NCBI GenBank assembly: GCA_963783375.1
Contig: CAWANH010000029.1
Coordinates: 1,024,001 to 1,088,000, forward strand
Reading direction: 5' to 3'
From: Candidatus Eiseniibacteriota bacterium
GTDB taxonomy: Bacteria > Eisenbacteria > RBG-16-71-46 > JABDJR01
DNA: 64,000 nucleotides
Both the position numbers and the translations under genes were made by a program. A model generated the notes under the pieces. It saw nothing but the letters and a program-made list of their open reading frames with translations, ran no database searches and was not told the DNA's origin. This document shows, in pieces, positions 40,488 to 50,705 of this stretch (position 1 is its first letter; the number at the start of each line of letters is the position of its first letter).

Positions 40488-41732
40488 CTACTTCACGCCC
40501 AGAAGCACCAACCGGAGGCGATTCACGTCGGTGGCCACCGCGCGCTCCACCACCGTCCGGCGGTCGCCGGGGTAGGTGGAGCGATAGGCGCGGGTGCCGG
40601 TGGGGGCGGCGATCGCGCTCAGGACCAGGCCGACCGGCTTCTCGGGCGAGCCGCCGGTGGGGCCGGCGATTCCGGTGGTGGCCACCACCACGTCCACCCC
40701 GCTCCGGGCGCGAAGCCCCTCGGCCATGGCCCGGGCCACCGGCTCGCTCACCGCGCCGTGCTCGGCGATCAGGGCCTCAGGCACCCCCAGAAGCTCCACC
40801 TTGGCCCGGTTCGAATACGCCACCACCCCGCGGTCCACGTACCGGCTGGATCCGGAGACCGAGGTGAGATACGCGGCGATCGATCCGCCGGTGCAGGATT
40901 CCGCGGTGGCCACCGTCCAGCCACGCTGGACCAGGAGTTCCCCCACCACCCCGGCCAGATCCTCGTCGTCGGCGCCGTAGACGTAGGTGTCGAGACCCTC
41001 CCGGATCACCCGCTCCGCGGCCTCGAGGCGCCGCCGGGCGGTGGGGGTGTCGCCGGCGCGCGCGGTGAGCTTCAGGTTCACTCCCGGGGTCTGGGGATAG
41101 AACGCCAGTTCGACGTCCGCCAGCGTGTCGAAGATCGTCCCGTAGCGGGTGACCAGGTCCGACTCGCCGACCCCCTGGGTCTTGAGCACCCGGGTCATGA
41201 GCGCGCGAACCGGCCGGTGAGCGGTGAGCCAGGGGAGGATGGAGCCGTCGAGAATGGCCCGCATCTCCCGGGGAATCCCCGGAACCACGAAGAGCACCGA
41301 ACCCTCACGCTCCATCCGGAAGCCGGGGGCGGTGCCGGCGGGGTTGGGCAGGGGATCCGCCCCTTCGGGGAGGGTGATCTGGGTGAGGTTCACCTCGGGC
41401 ATGTCCCGCCGGCCAAAGCTCCGGAAGCGGGCCTCCAGCGCGGGGAGCAGCTCGTCGCGGCGCACGCGGCCCACCCCGAAGGCCCGGGCGATCCCATCCC
41501 GGGTCCGGTCGTCGGGGGTGGGGCCAAGCCCCCCGGTGACCACCACCACTTCGGCCCGGGCCATGGCCTCCCGCACTGCGGCGGCGATGGCGTCCTCCTC
41601 ATCGTCGACGGTCACGTGGCGGGAGAGAGCGATGCCCAGGCCCCTCAGGGCCCGGGCAAGGTCGCGGGCGTTGGTGTCGAGGATGTCCCCGGCCAGGATC
41701 TCCGCCCCGATGGTGAGGATCTCCGCGTTCAT
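40488..41732 (-). CDS. cinA: Competence/damage-inducible protein CinA (NMN deamidase fusion)
   Basis: AEILTIGAEILAG, TGGLGPTPDDRTR, GTAPG, AESCTGG, HGAVSE, TGIAGPTGG. Confidence 0.94.
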   Translation of the reverse strand: MNAEILTIGAEILAGDILDTNARDLARALRGLGIALSRHVTVDDEEDAIAAAVREAMARAEVVVVTGGLGPTPDDRTRDGIARAFGVGRVRRDELLPALEARFRSFGRRDMPEVNLTQITLPEGADPLPNPAGTAPGFRMEREGSVLFVVPGIPREMRAILDGSILPWLTAHRPVRALMTRVLKTQGVGESDLVTRYGTIFDTLADVELAFYPQTPGVNLKLTARAGDTPTARRRLEAAERVIREGLDTYVYGADDEDLAGVVGELLVQRGWTVATAESCTGGSIAAYLTSVSGSSRYVDRGVVAYSNRAKVELLGVPEALIAEHGAVSEPVARAMAEGLRARSGVDVVVATTGIAGPTGGSPEKPVGLVLSAIAAPTGTRAYRSTYPGDRRTVVERAVATDVNRLRLVLLGVK

Positions 41733-41772
41733 GTCGGCCTCTCGGCGCCCGGACCCGCGTTCTGGACCGTGA

Positions 41773-42312
41773 CTAGTGTTCCCCGCCCGAGCCGGCGGGA
41801 GGCATCTCACCGGCGGAGCTGTCGGGGGCACCGGCCCCGGCGTGACCCGCGCTGTCCGCTCCCGCCGCCCGGCCGGTGGTGTCGGCAGCGGCGCTGTCCG
41901 CCGCCGCGGGGAGCCCCCCGGGGGTCTCCGTGATCCCGTAGCGTTTCATGAAGTCGCCGCGGCCGGGCACCGGGACGATCTCCCGGCTCTCCACCGGATC
42001 CACCTGGCCGCGCTCGGTGGTGTCGGCCAGGGTCAGCACGAAGAAGATTCCCAGGAAGGTCAGGGCGGCGAGGAGAATCAACCCGTTGAACCGCTCGTCC
42101 CACTTGAGCCCCATGAAGATCAGGGCGACCAGGCTCGCCTTGGCGGTGGCGATGGCCATGGCCACGATCAGGTTCCCGGTCCCGAAGTCGAAGTAGGAGA
42201 TCCGGACCGTCAGGAAGGTGAGGATCAGGAGCCCGACCCAGACCATGAAGTAGATCCGGATCGGGACGACGTGGTGCTTGTGTTCCGCGGCGGCGGCGTT
42301 TGCTTGGCTCAT
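41773..42312 (-). CDS. Cytochrome c oxidase subunit IV
   Basis: LLILTFLTV, IATAKASLVALIFMGLKWD; follows subunit III. Confidence 0.85.
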   Translation of the reverse strand: MSQANAAAAEHKHHVVPIRIYFMVWVGLLILTFLTVRISYFDFGTGNLIVAMAIATAKASLVALIFMGLKWDERFNGLILLAALTFLGIFFVLTLADTTERGQVDPVESREIVPVPGRGDFMKRYGITETPGGLPAAADSAAADTTGRAAGADSAGHAGAGAPDSSAGEMPPAGSGGEH

Positions 42313-42319
42313 CGCGTCC

Positions 42320-42973
42320 CTACTTGATCAGGTAGAAGAGTGGAAAGAGGTAGATCCAGATCATGTCCACCAGGTGCCAGTAGAGCCCGGTCAGCTCCAC
42401 CGGGGTGTAGTAGGAGCTGGAGAAGCGCCCCCGGATGGTGTTCACCAGGATCCAGGTGATGGCGATCATCCCCGCGATCACGTGCAGGGCGTGGAGCCCG
42501 GTCATCATGAAGTAGAGCCCGAAGAAGATGTTCCCATTCACCGGGTCGGTGAGTTCGTGCGGGTTGTACCAGTACCCGGGGAGGAGCCCATGATGGAACT
42601 TCTCGGTGTACTCCACGTACTTGATGCAAAGGAAGACCGAGGCCAGGAGAAGGGTGGTCACCAACAACCCGATGGAGAGCCTCCGGTTGTCGGTCTGGGC
42701 CGCCCGCACCGCCAGGGCCATGGTGAGGCTGGAGCAGATCAGGACCACGGTGTTCGTCCCGCCGAGGATCCGGTTCAGGTTGTGGTGGGCCTCCCGGAAC
42801 ATGTCCGGGAACATGTTCTGGAAGACCACGAAGGCCACGAACATGCCGCCGAAGAGGAGCACTTCGGTGGCCAGGAAGAGCCAAAAGCCCAGCTTGGCCG
42901 AGGAGAACTCCTGGGCCGCGTCGGCGTAGTGGTGGCCGACCTCGTGACGCCAGGCCCTTGGATCGGTGCTCAT
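42320..42973 (-). CDS. ctaE: Cytochrome c oxidase subunit III
   Basis: GFWLFLATEVLLFGG, NTVVLICSS, TGLHALHV, GLYWHLVD. Confidence 0.92.
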   Translation of the reverse strand: MSTDPRAWRHEVGHHYADAAQEFSSAKLGFWLFLATEVLLFGGMFVAFVVFQNMFPDMFREAHHNLNRILGGTNTVVLICSSLTMALAVRAAQTDNRRLSIGLLVTTLLLASVFLCIKYVEYTEKFHHGLLPGYWYNPHELTDPVNGNIFFGLYFMMTGLHALHVIAGMIAITWILVNTIRGRFSSSYYTPVELTGLYWHLVDMIWIYLFPLFYLIK

Positions 42974-43010
42974 GGACGCGATTCCTCCAGGTGCGGGTTC
43001 GATTCCGACA

Positions 43011-44660
43011 TCAGGATCCCACCGCCTCGGGTTCCGGGTTCTCCCCGTAGACCTTCTGGTAGTCGTAAGGACCGTAGGCCAGGCTCGGCTCCTCCTCGAA
43101 GTTCTCCACCGGCGGGGGCGAGGGCACGCGCCACTCCAGCCCCAGCGATCCCCACGGGTTGGCCGGAGCCTTCTCCCCCGCCCGGAGGGAGTACATGAAG
43201 TAGATCACCATGGTGAGGAATCCGAACCCGAGGATCCACGAGCCGAAGGTGGAGAGCTGGTGCAGAGGCTGGAACTGCTCGAGATAGTCGTAGTACCGGC
43301 GGGGCATCCCACGGCTCCCCAGAACGAACTGGGTGAGGAAGGTCACGTTGAACCCGATGAAGACGGTCAGGGCGGTCATCCGGGCCACCGTCTCGGGATA
43401 CATGCGGCCGGTCATCTTGGGCCACCAGTAGTGGAGACCGGCCAGGAAAGCCATCACCGTCCCCCCCATCATCACGTAGTGGAAGTGGGCCACCACGAAG
43501 TAGGTGTCGGTGAGGTGGACGTCCACCGAGAGGGCCCCCAGGAAGATCCCGGTCAGTCCCCCGATGGCGAAGAGGAAGAGAAAGGCGAGCGCGTACAGCA
43601 TGGGGGTATCGAGCGCGATCGACCCCTTGTACATGGTCGCCGTCCAGTTGAACATCTTGATCGCGGACGGGATGGCCACGAAGAAGGTGAGGAACGAGAA
43701 CATCATGGTCGAGACCTCGGACTGGCCGCTCACGAACATGTGGTGTCCCCACACCAGGAAACCGAGCACGGCGATGGCCAGTGAGGAGTAGGCCACGAAC
43801 CGGTAGCCGAAGATGTGGCGGCGGGAGAACGTGGTGACGACCTCGCTCATGATGCCCATGCCGGGGAGAATCATGATGTACACCGCGGGATGGGAATAGA
43901 ACCAGAAGAAATGCTGGAAGAGAATGGGGTCGCCGCCAAGGGCGGGATCGAAGATCCCGATGTGCATGACCCGCTCGGCCACCAGGAGGAGCAGGGTGAT
44001 GCCAAGGACCGGGGTGGCCAGCACCTGGATCAGGGCGGTGCCGTAGATGGACCAGAGGAAGAGCGGCATGTCGAACCAGCCCATCCCCGGCATCCGGAGC
44101 TTGTGCAGGGTGACCAGGAAGTTGAGCCCGGTGAAGATGGAGGAGAAGCCGAGGATGAAGATGCCGAGCCCCATCCAGATCACCGAGCTGTGGCTCTGAA
44201 CGCTGTAAGGGGTGTAGAAGGTCCAACCGGTGTCGATCCCCCCCCGCAGGATGGCCACCAGGGTGAACACCGCCCCGGTGCACCAGAGGTAGAAGCTGGC
44301 CAGGTTGAGTTTGGGGAAGGCCACGTCCTTGGCCCCGATCATGATGGGCAGGAAGAAGTTCCCGAGGGCGGCGGGGATCGACGGGATGATGAACAGGAAG
44401 ATCATGATGATGCCGTGCAGGGTGAAGACCTCGTTGTAGGTCTGAGCGGACATGATCGTCCTTCCGGGCAGGAACAGCTCCAACCGGATGAGGAGGGCCA
44501 TGATCCCTCCCAGCAGGAAGGAGGTCGAGATGGCGATGAGGTACATGATCCCGATCCGCTTGTGGTCCCGGGTGAGGAGCCACGAGCGGAGGCCGTGGGT
44601 CACGTTCAGATAGTTGGTCCCCGGGACGGGGGCGTGTGCGTCGATGGTCTCTGTCGCCAT
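43011..44660 (-). CDS. ctaD: Cytochrome c oxidase subunit I (type A2)
   Basis: [40 protein letters not shown]. Confidence 0.96.
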   Translation of the reverse strand: MATETIDAHAPVPGTNYLNVTHGLRSWLLTRDHKRIGIMYLIAISTSFLLGGIMALLIRLELFLPGRTIMSAQTYNEVFTLHGIIMIFLFIIPSIPAALGNFFLPIMIGAKDVAFPKLNLASFYLWCTGAVFTLVAILRGGIDTGWTFYTPYSVQSHSSVIWMGLGIFILGFSSIFTGLNFLVTLHKLRMPGMGWFDMPLFLWSIYGTALIQVLATPVLGITLLLLVAERVMHIGIFDPALGGDPILFQHFFWFYSHPAVYIMILPGMGIMSEVVTTFSRRHIFGYRFVAYSSLAIAVLGFLVWGHHMFVSGQSEVSTMMFSFLTFFVAIPSAIKMFNWTATMYKGSIALDTPMLYALAFLFLFAIGGLTGIFLGALSVDVHLTDTYFVVAHFHYVMMGGTVMAFLAGLHYWWPKMTGRMYPETVARMTALTVFIGFNVTFLTQFVLGSRGMPRRYYDYLEQFQPLHQLSTFGSWILGFGFLTMVIYFMYSLRAGEKAPANPWGSLGLEWRVPSPPPVENFEEEPSLAYGPYDYQKVYGENPEPEAVGS

Positions 44661-44690
44661 GGGGGTCGCCTCTCTATCCGATAGCCGGGG

Positions 44691-45626
44691 CTACTTCTGA
44701 GCCTTGATGAACTCGATCAACGCGTCGATCTGGTTGGGCTTCAGGAGCCCCTGGAACGTCGGCATCACCGGTTCGAATCCCGCCACCACCTGGGAAGTCG
44801 GGTCGAGGATGGACTGGCGGACGTAGTTCTCGTCGGCGGTGGTCGAGCTGCCGTCGGCGAACTCGACCTTGTGCCCGAAAACCCCCTTGAATGACGGACC
44901 GGTCTTCCGGCTCCCGTCCAGGGAGTGGCAGGTGATGCAGGCCTTCTGCTTGTAGAGCTGGGCCCCGTAGTCGGCCAGGCTCATCCCCGCCGCCGGTCCT
45001 GCCGAGCTCTCCTTGTACTTCTCGAAATCGGCGGGGCTCAGGACGTGGATCTTCCCCAGCATCCCCGAGTGCCCGGTACCGCAGTACTCGGTGCAGAAGA
45101 GGTCGTAGTCCCCGGTGGCCGTGGCCTGGAACCACAGGGTGGTGTAGCGGTTGGGGATGGCGTCCTGTTTCACCCGGAACGCGGGGACGTAGAAGCTGTG
45201 GATGACGTCCTCGGAGCGAAGGATGACCTTCACCGGCTGGTCCACCGGCACCGTCATCTCGTTGACCGAGGTCTCGCCGTCCGGGGACTGGATCTGCCAC
45301 AACCATTGCTTGGCGGTGACGTGATACTCCAGCGCGCCGCCCGGGGAAACGGCGAGCGCCATGTAACCCTTGAAGCCCCAGACGAAGACCAGGATGACCA
45401 GGGCCAGGGGGATCACCGTCCAGGTGACCTCGAGGGGGGTGTTGTGGGAGGCCCTGGGGGCCATGGTCTGCCCCGGCCGCCGGCGGTACTTCAGGACGAA
45501 GATCAGCGAGAGCCCCACGATGAGCAGGAAGAAGAATACGGAGCCCCAGAAGATGAAGTAGTAGAGCGAGTCCACCTGGTGAGCCATGGTGGAGGCCTGC
45601 GGCGGCATCTGGAATGTCCCGTTCAT
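44691..45626 (-). CDS. ctaC: Cytochrome c oxidase subunit II with fused cytochrome c (caa3)
   Basis: LEVTWT, DVIHSF, CuA CTEYCGTGHSGM, heme CITCH. Confidence 0.94.
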   Translation of the reverse strand: MNGTFQMPPQASTMAHQVDSLYYFIFWGSVFFFLLIVGLSLIFVLKYRRRPGQTMAPRASHNTPLEVTWTVIPLALVILVFVWGFKGYMALAVSPGGALEYHVTAKQWLWQIQSPDGETSVNEMTVPVDQPVKVILRSEDVIHSFYVPAFRVKQDAIPNRYTTLWFQATATGDYDLFCTEYCGTGHSGMLGKIHVLSPADFEKYKESSAGPAAGMSLADYGAQLYKQKACITCHSLDGSRKTGPSFKGVFGHKVEFADGSSTTADENYVRQSILDPTSQVVAGFEPVMPTFQGLLKPNQIDALIEFIKAQK

Positions 45627-45687
45627 GCCCTGGTTCCTGTTCGTGAGGCCGATCGCCCGAAGGCTCTACGGCCGGTCTACTGTCCGC

Positions 45688-46530
45688 CTAGGCCGACGCG
45701 TGGTGGGTGCGGTGCCGCTCCTTCATCCACAGGCCGCCCATGAGTCCCCCGAGGCCGATCAAGGTCAACACACCGCCCAGCTTCATCACCTGGAAAGCCA
45801 CGACGGTGTACTTGTGCGTTCCCGGATCGTACTGGCAGCAGAACAGGATCAGCTTGTCGAGCGGCGAGCCAAGCTTTCCCTCCGAGGCCTCGATCAGGGA
45901 CAGCCGAAGATCCTTGGGGGGATACTCGATCCCGTAAAGGGTCCGGCTGATCTTCCCCTGCGGCGTCAACACGAAGATTCCCGCCGCATGGTAGTACTGC
46001 TGCGTCTTTTCGTCGTACCGGTACTTGAACCCCACCGATCGGGTGAGCGCCTCGATCGAGGGTTCCCCGCCGGTCAGGAAGTGCCAGCCGTCCCCGGCTT
46101 CCGGACGATCGAGGGACGAGATATAGTTCTGCTTCTTCTCCTTGGCCAGCTTCGGAGTGTCCTTCGGATCGAAGCTGACCGTCACCACCGCGTACTCGCG
46201 GCCCGGGGTCCAGTCCATCTTCCGGGCCGAATCCAGATAGGCGTTCAGCACCTGGGTGCAGAGCATCGGGCAGCTGTAGTAGACGAGCTGCAACACGATC
46301 GGCCGGCCCTGGTTGAAGAAAGCGTCCAGGCGCACGGGGTTGCCGTTCTCGTCGTTGAAGGTCAAGTCCCCCGGGACCATGTCTCCCGAGTGATCAACCA
46401 GGTCCACCCCCTCGAGCTGGGGCGGGGTCTGGTCGGACGACATCTGGGCGCCGGCCCCCCCCGCTAGACCCCAGGAAACCAGGATCATCACGGCCGTCAC
46501 GTGGACGGCAAACCAGCGCATGCTCATCAA
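45688..46530 (-). CDS. SCO1/SenC family protein
   Basis: YYSCPMLC, VSFDP, WHFLTG, YYHAAG. Confidence 0.9.
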   Translation of the reverse strand: MMSMRWFAVHVTAVMILVSWGLAGGAGAQMSSDQTPPQLEGVDLVDHSGDMVPGDLTFNDENGNPVRLDAFFNQGRPIVLQLVYYSCPMLCTQVLNAYLDSARKMDWTPGREYAVVTVSFDPKDTPKLAKEKKQNYISSLDRPEAGDGWHFLTGGEPSIEALTRSVGFKYRYDEKTQQYYHAAGIFVLTPQGKISRTLYGIEYPPKDLRLSLIEASEGKLGSPLDKLILFCCQYDPGTHKYTVVAFQVMKLGGVLTLIGLGGLMGGLWMKERHRTHHASA

Positions 46531-46838
46531 CCTCCTGCCCGGGAAGCCCGGCGCTCGCGGGCCTCTTTGGCCATCAGCTCCATCGCGCGATCGATGGGAA
46601 TGTGGGCCACGCCCTTCTGCTGGTCCACCCAGCCGTAGGAATTGAGCTGGGTGGCCTCTTGGGCGCGGAGTTCCCGGAGCTTCACGTTCTGGACCGAGAG
46701 CACCTTGCGGTAGATCTCGTTGTTACGGCTCACCTCGAAGTACGAATGCAGCCACAGGATCGCGGTCACGAACAGGGCCGCGGACACCAGACCGGCGGCG
46801 AGGATCCACCCGGTTCTCACTCCGCTCGAATTCGCCAT
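46527..46838 (-). CDS. Small membrane protein, putative ACIII subunit ActG
   Basis: One TM; YGWVDQQKGVAHIPIDRAM; position between actF and SCO. Confidence 0.65.
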   Translation of the reverse strand: MANSSGVRTGWILAAGLVSAALFVTAILWLHSYFEVSRNNEIYRKVLSVQNVKLRELRAQEATQLNSYGWVDQQKGVAHIPIDRAMELMAKEARERRASRAGG

Positions 46839-46896
46839 CGGTCAGTCCCCTTCCCGAATGGACGCGATCTTTCTGAGTCCGGTCACACTACCCTCC

Positions 46897-48099
46897 TCAA
46901 TACGCGTGTTCCAGGGCCAGGGACTCGGGCAGGCGGGGATCCCCCGCGGGCACCAATGCGGCCCGGGTGAGCTTGGCGGTGAACACGAACAGGAAAACTC
47001 CTCCCACCGCCACCACGCAGACCGGGTCCAGCCAGTGGAAGGTCGCGCTCCCGGTGTGAAAGCTGGGCATCACCATCCAGAAGATGTCGAAGTAGCACAT
47101 GAAGAGCACCCAAACCGCGGTCACGGCCACCAGGGCCGGGCGCCGCTTGAGCCAGCGGGAGATGAGCAGCATGAACGGCACCGCGAAGTGCCCGACGGCC
47201 AGGAAGAGGCTCGCTCCGCCCCAGCTCCCGTGGATCCGCGGAAGGAACCACACCGTTTCCTCGGCGATGTTCCCGTACCAGATCAACATGAACTGGGAGT
47301 AGGCGATGTAGGCCCAGAACACGGTGAAAGCGAACAGGAGCCGGCCCAGGTCCTGGAAGTGGTCGGTGCGCAGGAGACCGGTCAGCCCCCCGCCGCGGCG
47401 AACACAGAAGGCGGCCAGGGTCAGGAACGCCAGGGACGAGAGCACTCCCCCCGACCAGACGTATACTCCGAAGATCGTGGAATACCAGTGCGGGGTGAGG
47501 GACATGATGAGATCGAAGGACATGAAGCTGAAGCTCAGCGCATAGAGGACCATGGCCGGGGCGGCCCGCCTCTGCAGGACCACCGTGGTCATGGGATCGC
47601 GGGTTTCATCCTGGCGCACCGAGCGCGAGTAGAAGTAGCGCGCCATCACCGTCCACAGGATGAAATACGCGGCAAGCCGAATCAGGAAGAACGGGACGTT
47701 CAGGTACCCCGCCTTGGCCTGGAGCACCGCGTCGTGGGCCGCGGCGCCGGGCTGGGCCCAGTGGTAGACGACCCCCAGGCCGGGCAGAAGGGGCAGGAAT
47801 AGCGCCGCGAACACCGGCACCGTCCACCCCGCGGTCTCGGCCAGCCGCCGGACGGCCACGCTCCACCCGGCCCGGCTGAGGTGCTGGACCAGGGTGAAGA
47901 AGAGGGCTCCCAGGCAAAGGGTCAGGAAGAAGAGATAGGCGGTCAGATAGGAGAAGAAGAACTGCTCCCGGTCCACCGCGAACCCGACGGCGGCCAGGAG
48001 GAACCCCGCCACCGCGGCAACGGCGAAGAGGGTCCGGGCGCCCTTCCAGGCCCCGCGGGGAACGTCGAATCGGTCGGTGGCGGCGGTCGTCTGTTTCAC
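46897..48099 (-). CDS. actF: Alternative complex III subunit ActF
   Basis: AGWSVAVRR, MSLTPHWYSTIFG, WAYIAYSQFMLIWYGNI; polytopic. Confidence 0.9.
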   Translation of the reverse strand: MKQTTAATDRFDVPRGAWKGARTLFAVAAVAGFLLAAVGFAVDREQFFFSYLTAYLFFLTLCLGALFFTLVQHLSRAGWSVAVRRLAETAGWTVPVFAALFLPLLPGLGVVYHWAQPGAAAHDAVLQAKAGYLNVPFFLIRLAAYFILWTVMARYFYSRSVRQDETRDPMTTVVLQRRAAPAMVLYALSFSFMSFDLIMSLTPHWYSTIFGVYVWSGGVLSSLAFLTLAAFCVRRGGGLTGLLRTDHFQDLGRLLFAFTVFWAYIAYSQFMLIWYGNIAEETVWFLPRIHGSWGGASLFLAVGHFAVPFMLLISRWLKRRPALVAVTAVWVLFMCYFDIFWMVMPSFHTGSATFHWLDPVCVVAVGGVFLFVFTAKLTRAALVPAGDPRLPESLALEHAY

Positions 48100-48103
48100 G
48101 GCT

Positions 48104-48724
48104 CTACTTCAACTTCCCGCGTTCGTCCGGAGGGACGTCGGCGACGCTGGCGTTCTGGCTCCGCTCGAGGGCGCGGAGATAGGCCACAATGGCCCAGCGG
48201 TCGTCCACCGGGATCTGCGGTCCGTAGGCCGGCATGTTGCGAATCCCGTGGGTGATCACGTTGAAGATGTACCCGTCGGCGAACTGGCGGACGCGGTCGA
48301 TGTGGAACGAAGGGGGCGGCACGAACCCGTAGCCGATCACCATCCCCTTCCCGCTCCCCGTCCGGTCGTGGCAGGGAGCGCAGTAGATGTTGAAGCGGTT
48401 CCGGCCCCGCTTCAGGAGTTCCCCGGTGATGGGGCGCGGGTTGTGGGCGATGTAGTCCTCCCCGGCCTTGCCCTCGAAGTAGGCCTGGTCCGCCTTCACG
48501 AACCCCCGGGGCACCGTGCCCTCGGGCGGGGTGCGCATCATGCGATGGTCGGCGAAGAACGGGGTCTCTCCCTGGGCCTTGAACTTCCGCTGGAACTCCA
48601 TGTCCGGGATGATCATCAGCGGCCGCTTCTCCCGCGGCTGGCCCCGGGCGCATCCCCCCACGGTCACCAGGCCGGCCAGAAGGGCGAGGATCACCGCTTT
48701 CGGTATGCCTTGGTACACGCTCAT
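48104..48724 (-). CDS. actE: Alternative complex III monoheme cytochrome c ActE
   Basis: Lipobox VGGC; CAPCH; ITHGIRNMPAY, DRWAIVAY. Confidence 0.9.
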   Translation of the reverse strand: MSVYQGIPKAVILALLAGLVTVGGCARGQPREKRPLMIIPDMEFQRKFKAQGETPFFADHRMMRTPPEGTVPRGFVKADQAYFEGKAGEDYIAHNPRPITGELLKRGRNRFNIYCAPCHDRTGSGKGMVIGYGFVPPPSFHIDRVRQFADGYIFNVITHGIRNMPAYGPQIPVDDRWAIVAYLRALERSQNASVADVPPDERGKLK

Positions 48725-49278
48725 CCCTCCACCAACTCCACGTTCTCGCCCCCGGTGGTTATCAGGAGCTGGCGGGCCTTTTCCACCTCGAACATGGGAT
48801 CGTCGGCCTCGATGGCCAGGAAGAACCGGTCGTCGCTCGCCCGATGGAAGGTCGAGTGCTTGAAGACCGGGTGGTAGTACTGGGGGAGCTTGTTCAGGGC
48901 CAGCATGCCGAGGAGGGCGGCGAAGGCCGAGAACAGCACGGTCAGCTCGAACGTCACCGGCACGAAGGCGGGGATGGAGAAATACGGCTTCCCCGCCACT
49001 TTGATCGGGTAGTTCACCGCCGCGGTCCACCACTGGAGCCAGAGCCCGAGGGAACCTCCGAAGATCGCTCCCAGCAGTACGATCCAGGGCACCTTGGAGC
49101 CGGGGTTCCCCAGCACGCGGTCCAGACCGTGGACCGGGAACGGGGTGTAGGCGTCGAGCCGGGAGTAGCCCTGGGCCCGCACGCGCTCGGCGGCGTGCAG
49201 GAGATCCTGGGTGGTCGCGTATTCGGCCACCACGCCGTAGATCTCGTCCTTGGGCGCGGGGGCGGTCTTGGTGCTCAC
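48721..49278 (-). CDS. actD: Alternative complex III subunit ActD (DUF3341)
   Basis: [40 protein letters not shown]. Confidence 0.9.
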   Translation of the reverse strand: MSTKTAPAPKDEIYGVVAEYATTQDLLHAAERVRAQGYSRLDAYTPFPVHGLDRVLGNPGSKVPWIVLLGAIFGGSLGLWLQWWTAAVNYPIKVAGKPYFSIPAFVPVTFELTVLFSAFAALLGMLALNKLPQYYHPVFKHSTFHRASDDRFFLAIEADDPMFEVEKARQLLITTGGENVELVEG

Positions 49279-50705
49279 GACGTGGGCTCCTCCGCGGGCT
49301 CCGGTTGGAGCTTCCGATGGGGATTCGCCTGGGGCAGGACCCCCTTGACCTCGAACATGGCGATCATGGGCAGGAACCTGAGGAACAAGAGGAAGAAGGT
49401 GAAGAAGAGCCCGAAGCTTCCGGCCAGGGTTCCGAGGTCCACCCAGGTGGGCTTGTAGTAGCCCCACGCCGACGGGAGGTAGCCCCGGTGGAGCGACATC
49501 ACGATCACGAAGCGCTCGAACCACATCCCGACGTTGACCAGGATCGAGGCCACGAACATCACCGGAATGTTCCGGCGGAGCTTGCGTATCCAGAAGATCT
49601 GGGGCACCAGCACGTTGCAGCTGACCATGATCCAGTAGGCCCACCAATAGGGACCGAAGGCCCGGTTGATGAACGTGAACGCCTCCACCGGGTTGGCGCT
49701 GTACCAGGCGATGAAGAATTCGGTCGAGTAGGCGTAGCCCACCATCATCCCCGTCAACAGCATGATCTTGTTGACGTTGTCCAGATGGTCGATGGTGATG
49801 AGGTCCTCGAGCTTGTAGATCCGGCGGGCGATGACCGCGAGGGTCATCACCATGGCGAAGCCGGAGTAGATGGCTCCGGCCACGAAGTACGGGGGGAAGA
49901 TGGTGCTGTGCCATCCCGGGACCACGGCCACCGCGAAGTCGAAGCTCACCACGGAGTGCACCGAGAGAACCAGCGGCGTCGAGAGGCCGGCCAGGATCAG
50001 GTAGGCCTTCTCGTAGTTCACCCAGTGCCGATTGGATCCGCGCCAGCCCAGGGCCAGCACCCCGTAGACGAGCTGGCGGATCTTCCCCTTGGCCCGGTCC
50101 CGAACGGTGGCCAGGTCGGGGACCAGTCCGGTGTACCAGAAGAGGAGGGACACGGTGAAGTACGTGCTCACCGCGAACACGTCCCAGAGAAGCGGGCTCC
50201 GGAACTGGGGCCAGATCATCTCCCAGTTGGGAATGGGCAGCGCCCACCAGATCACCCAGATACGCCCCACGTGGATGGTGGGGAACATGAGGGCGCAGAT
50301 CACCGCGAAGATGGTCATGGCCTCCGCGAAACGATTGATGGCGGTCCGCCACTTCTGGCGGAAGAGATAGAGCACGGCGCTGATCAGGGTCCCGGCGTGC
50401 CCGATCCCCACCCACCACACGAAGTTCACGATGGCGAAGCCCCAGCCCACCGGACTGTTGACCCCCCACACCCCGATCCCGGTCCAGATCAGGTAGGCCA
50501 CCATGGCCACGAACAGGCCGAGGAGGGAGAGCGCCCCCCCGAAGGCGACGTACCAGCCGACGGGGGTCTTGGCCAGGACCGGCGCCGTCACCATCCGGGT
50601 GACGTCGTCGAATCCGTGCCCGCCCTCCACCAGCCGGGAGCGGCTGCGGGGATCGTCGTAGAACTCGGGTCCCTCGGGCTTGGCGGGAATGCTCGCGCTG
50701 GTCAT
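49275..50705 (-). CDS. actC: Alternative complex III subunit ActC (NrfD-like)
   Basis: [48 protein letters not shown]. Confidence 0.93.
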   Translation of the reverse strand: MTSASIPAKPEGPEFYDDPRSRSRLVEGGHGFDDVTRMVTAPVLAKTPVGWYVAFGGALSLLGLFVAMVAYLIWTGIGVWGVNSPVGWGFAIVNFVWWVGIGHAGTLISAVLYLFRQKWRTAINRFAEAMTIFAVICALMFPTIHVGRIWVIWWALPIPNWEMIWPQFRSPLLWDVFAVSTYFTVSLLFWYTGLVPDLATVRDRAKGKIRQLVYGVLALGWRGSNRHWVNYEKAYLILAGLSTPLVLSVHSVVSFDFAVAVVPGWHSTIFPPYFVAGAIYSGFAMVMTLAVIARRIYKLEDLITIDHLDNVNKIMLLTGMMVGYAYSTEFFIAWYSANPVEAFTFINRAFGPYWWAYWIMVSCNVLVPQIFWIRKLRRNIPVMFVASILVNVGMWFERFVIVMSLHRGYLPSAWGYYKPTWVDLGTLAGSFGLFFTFFLLFLRFLPMIAMFEVKGVLPQANPHRKLQPEPAEEPTS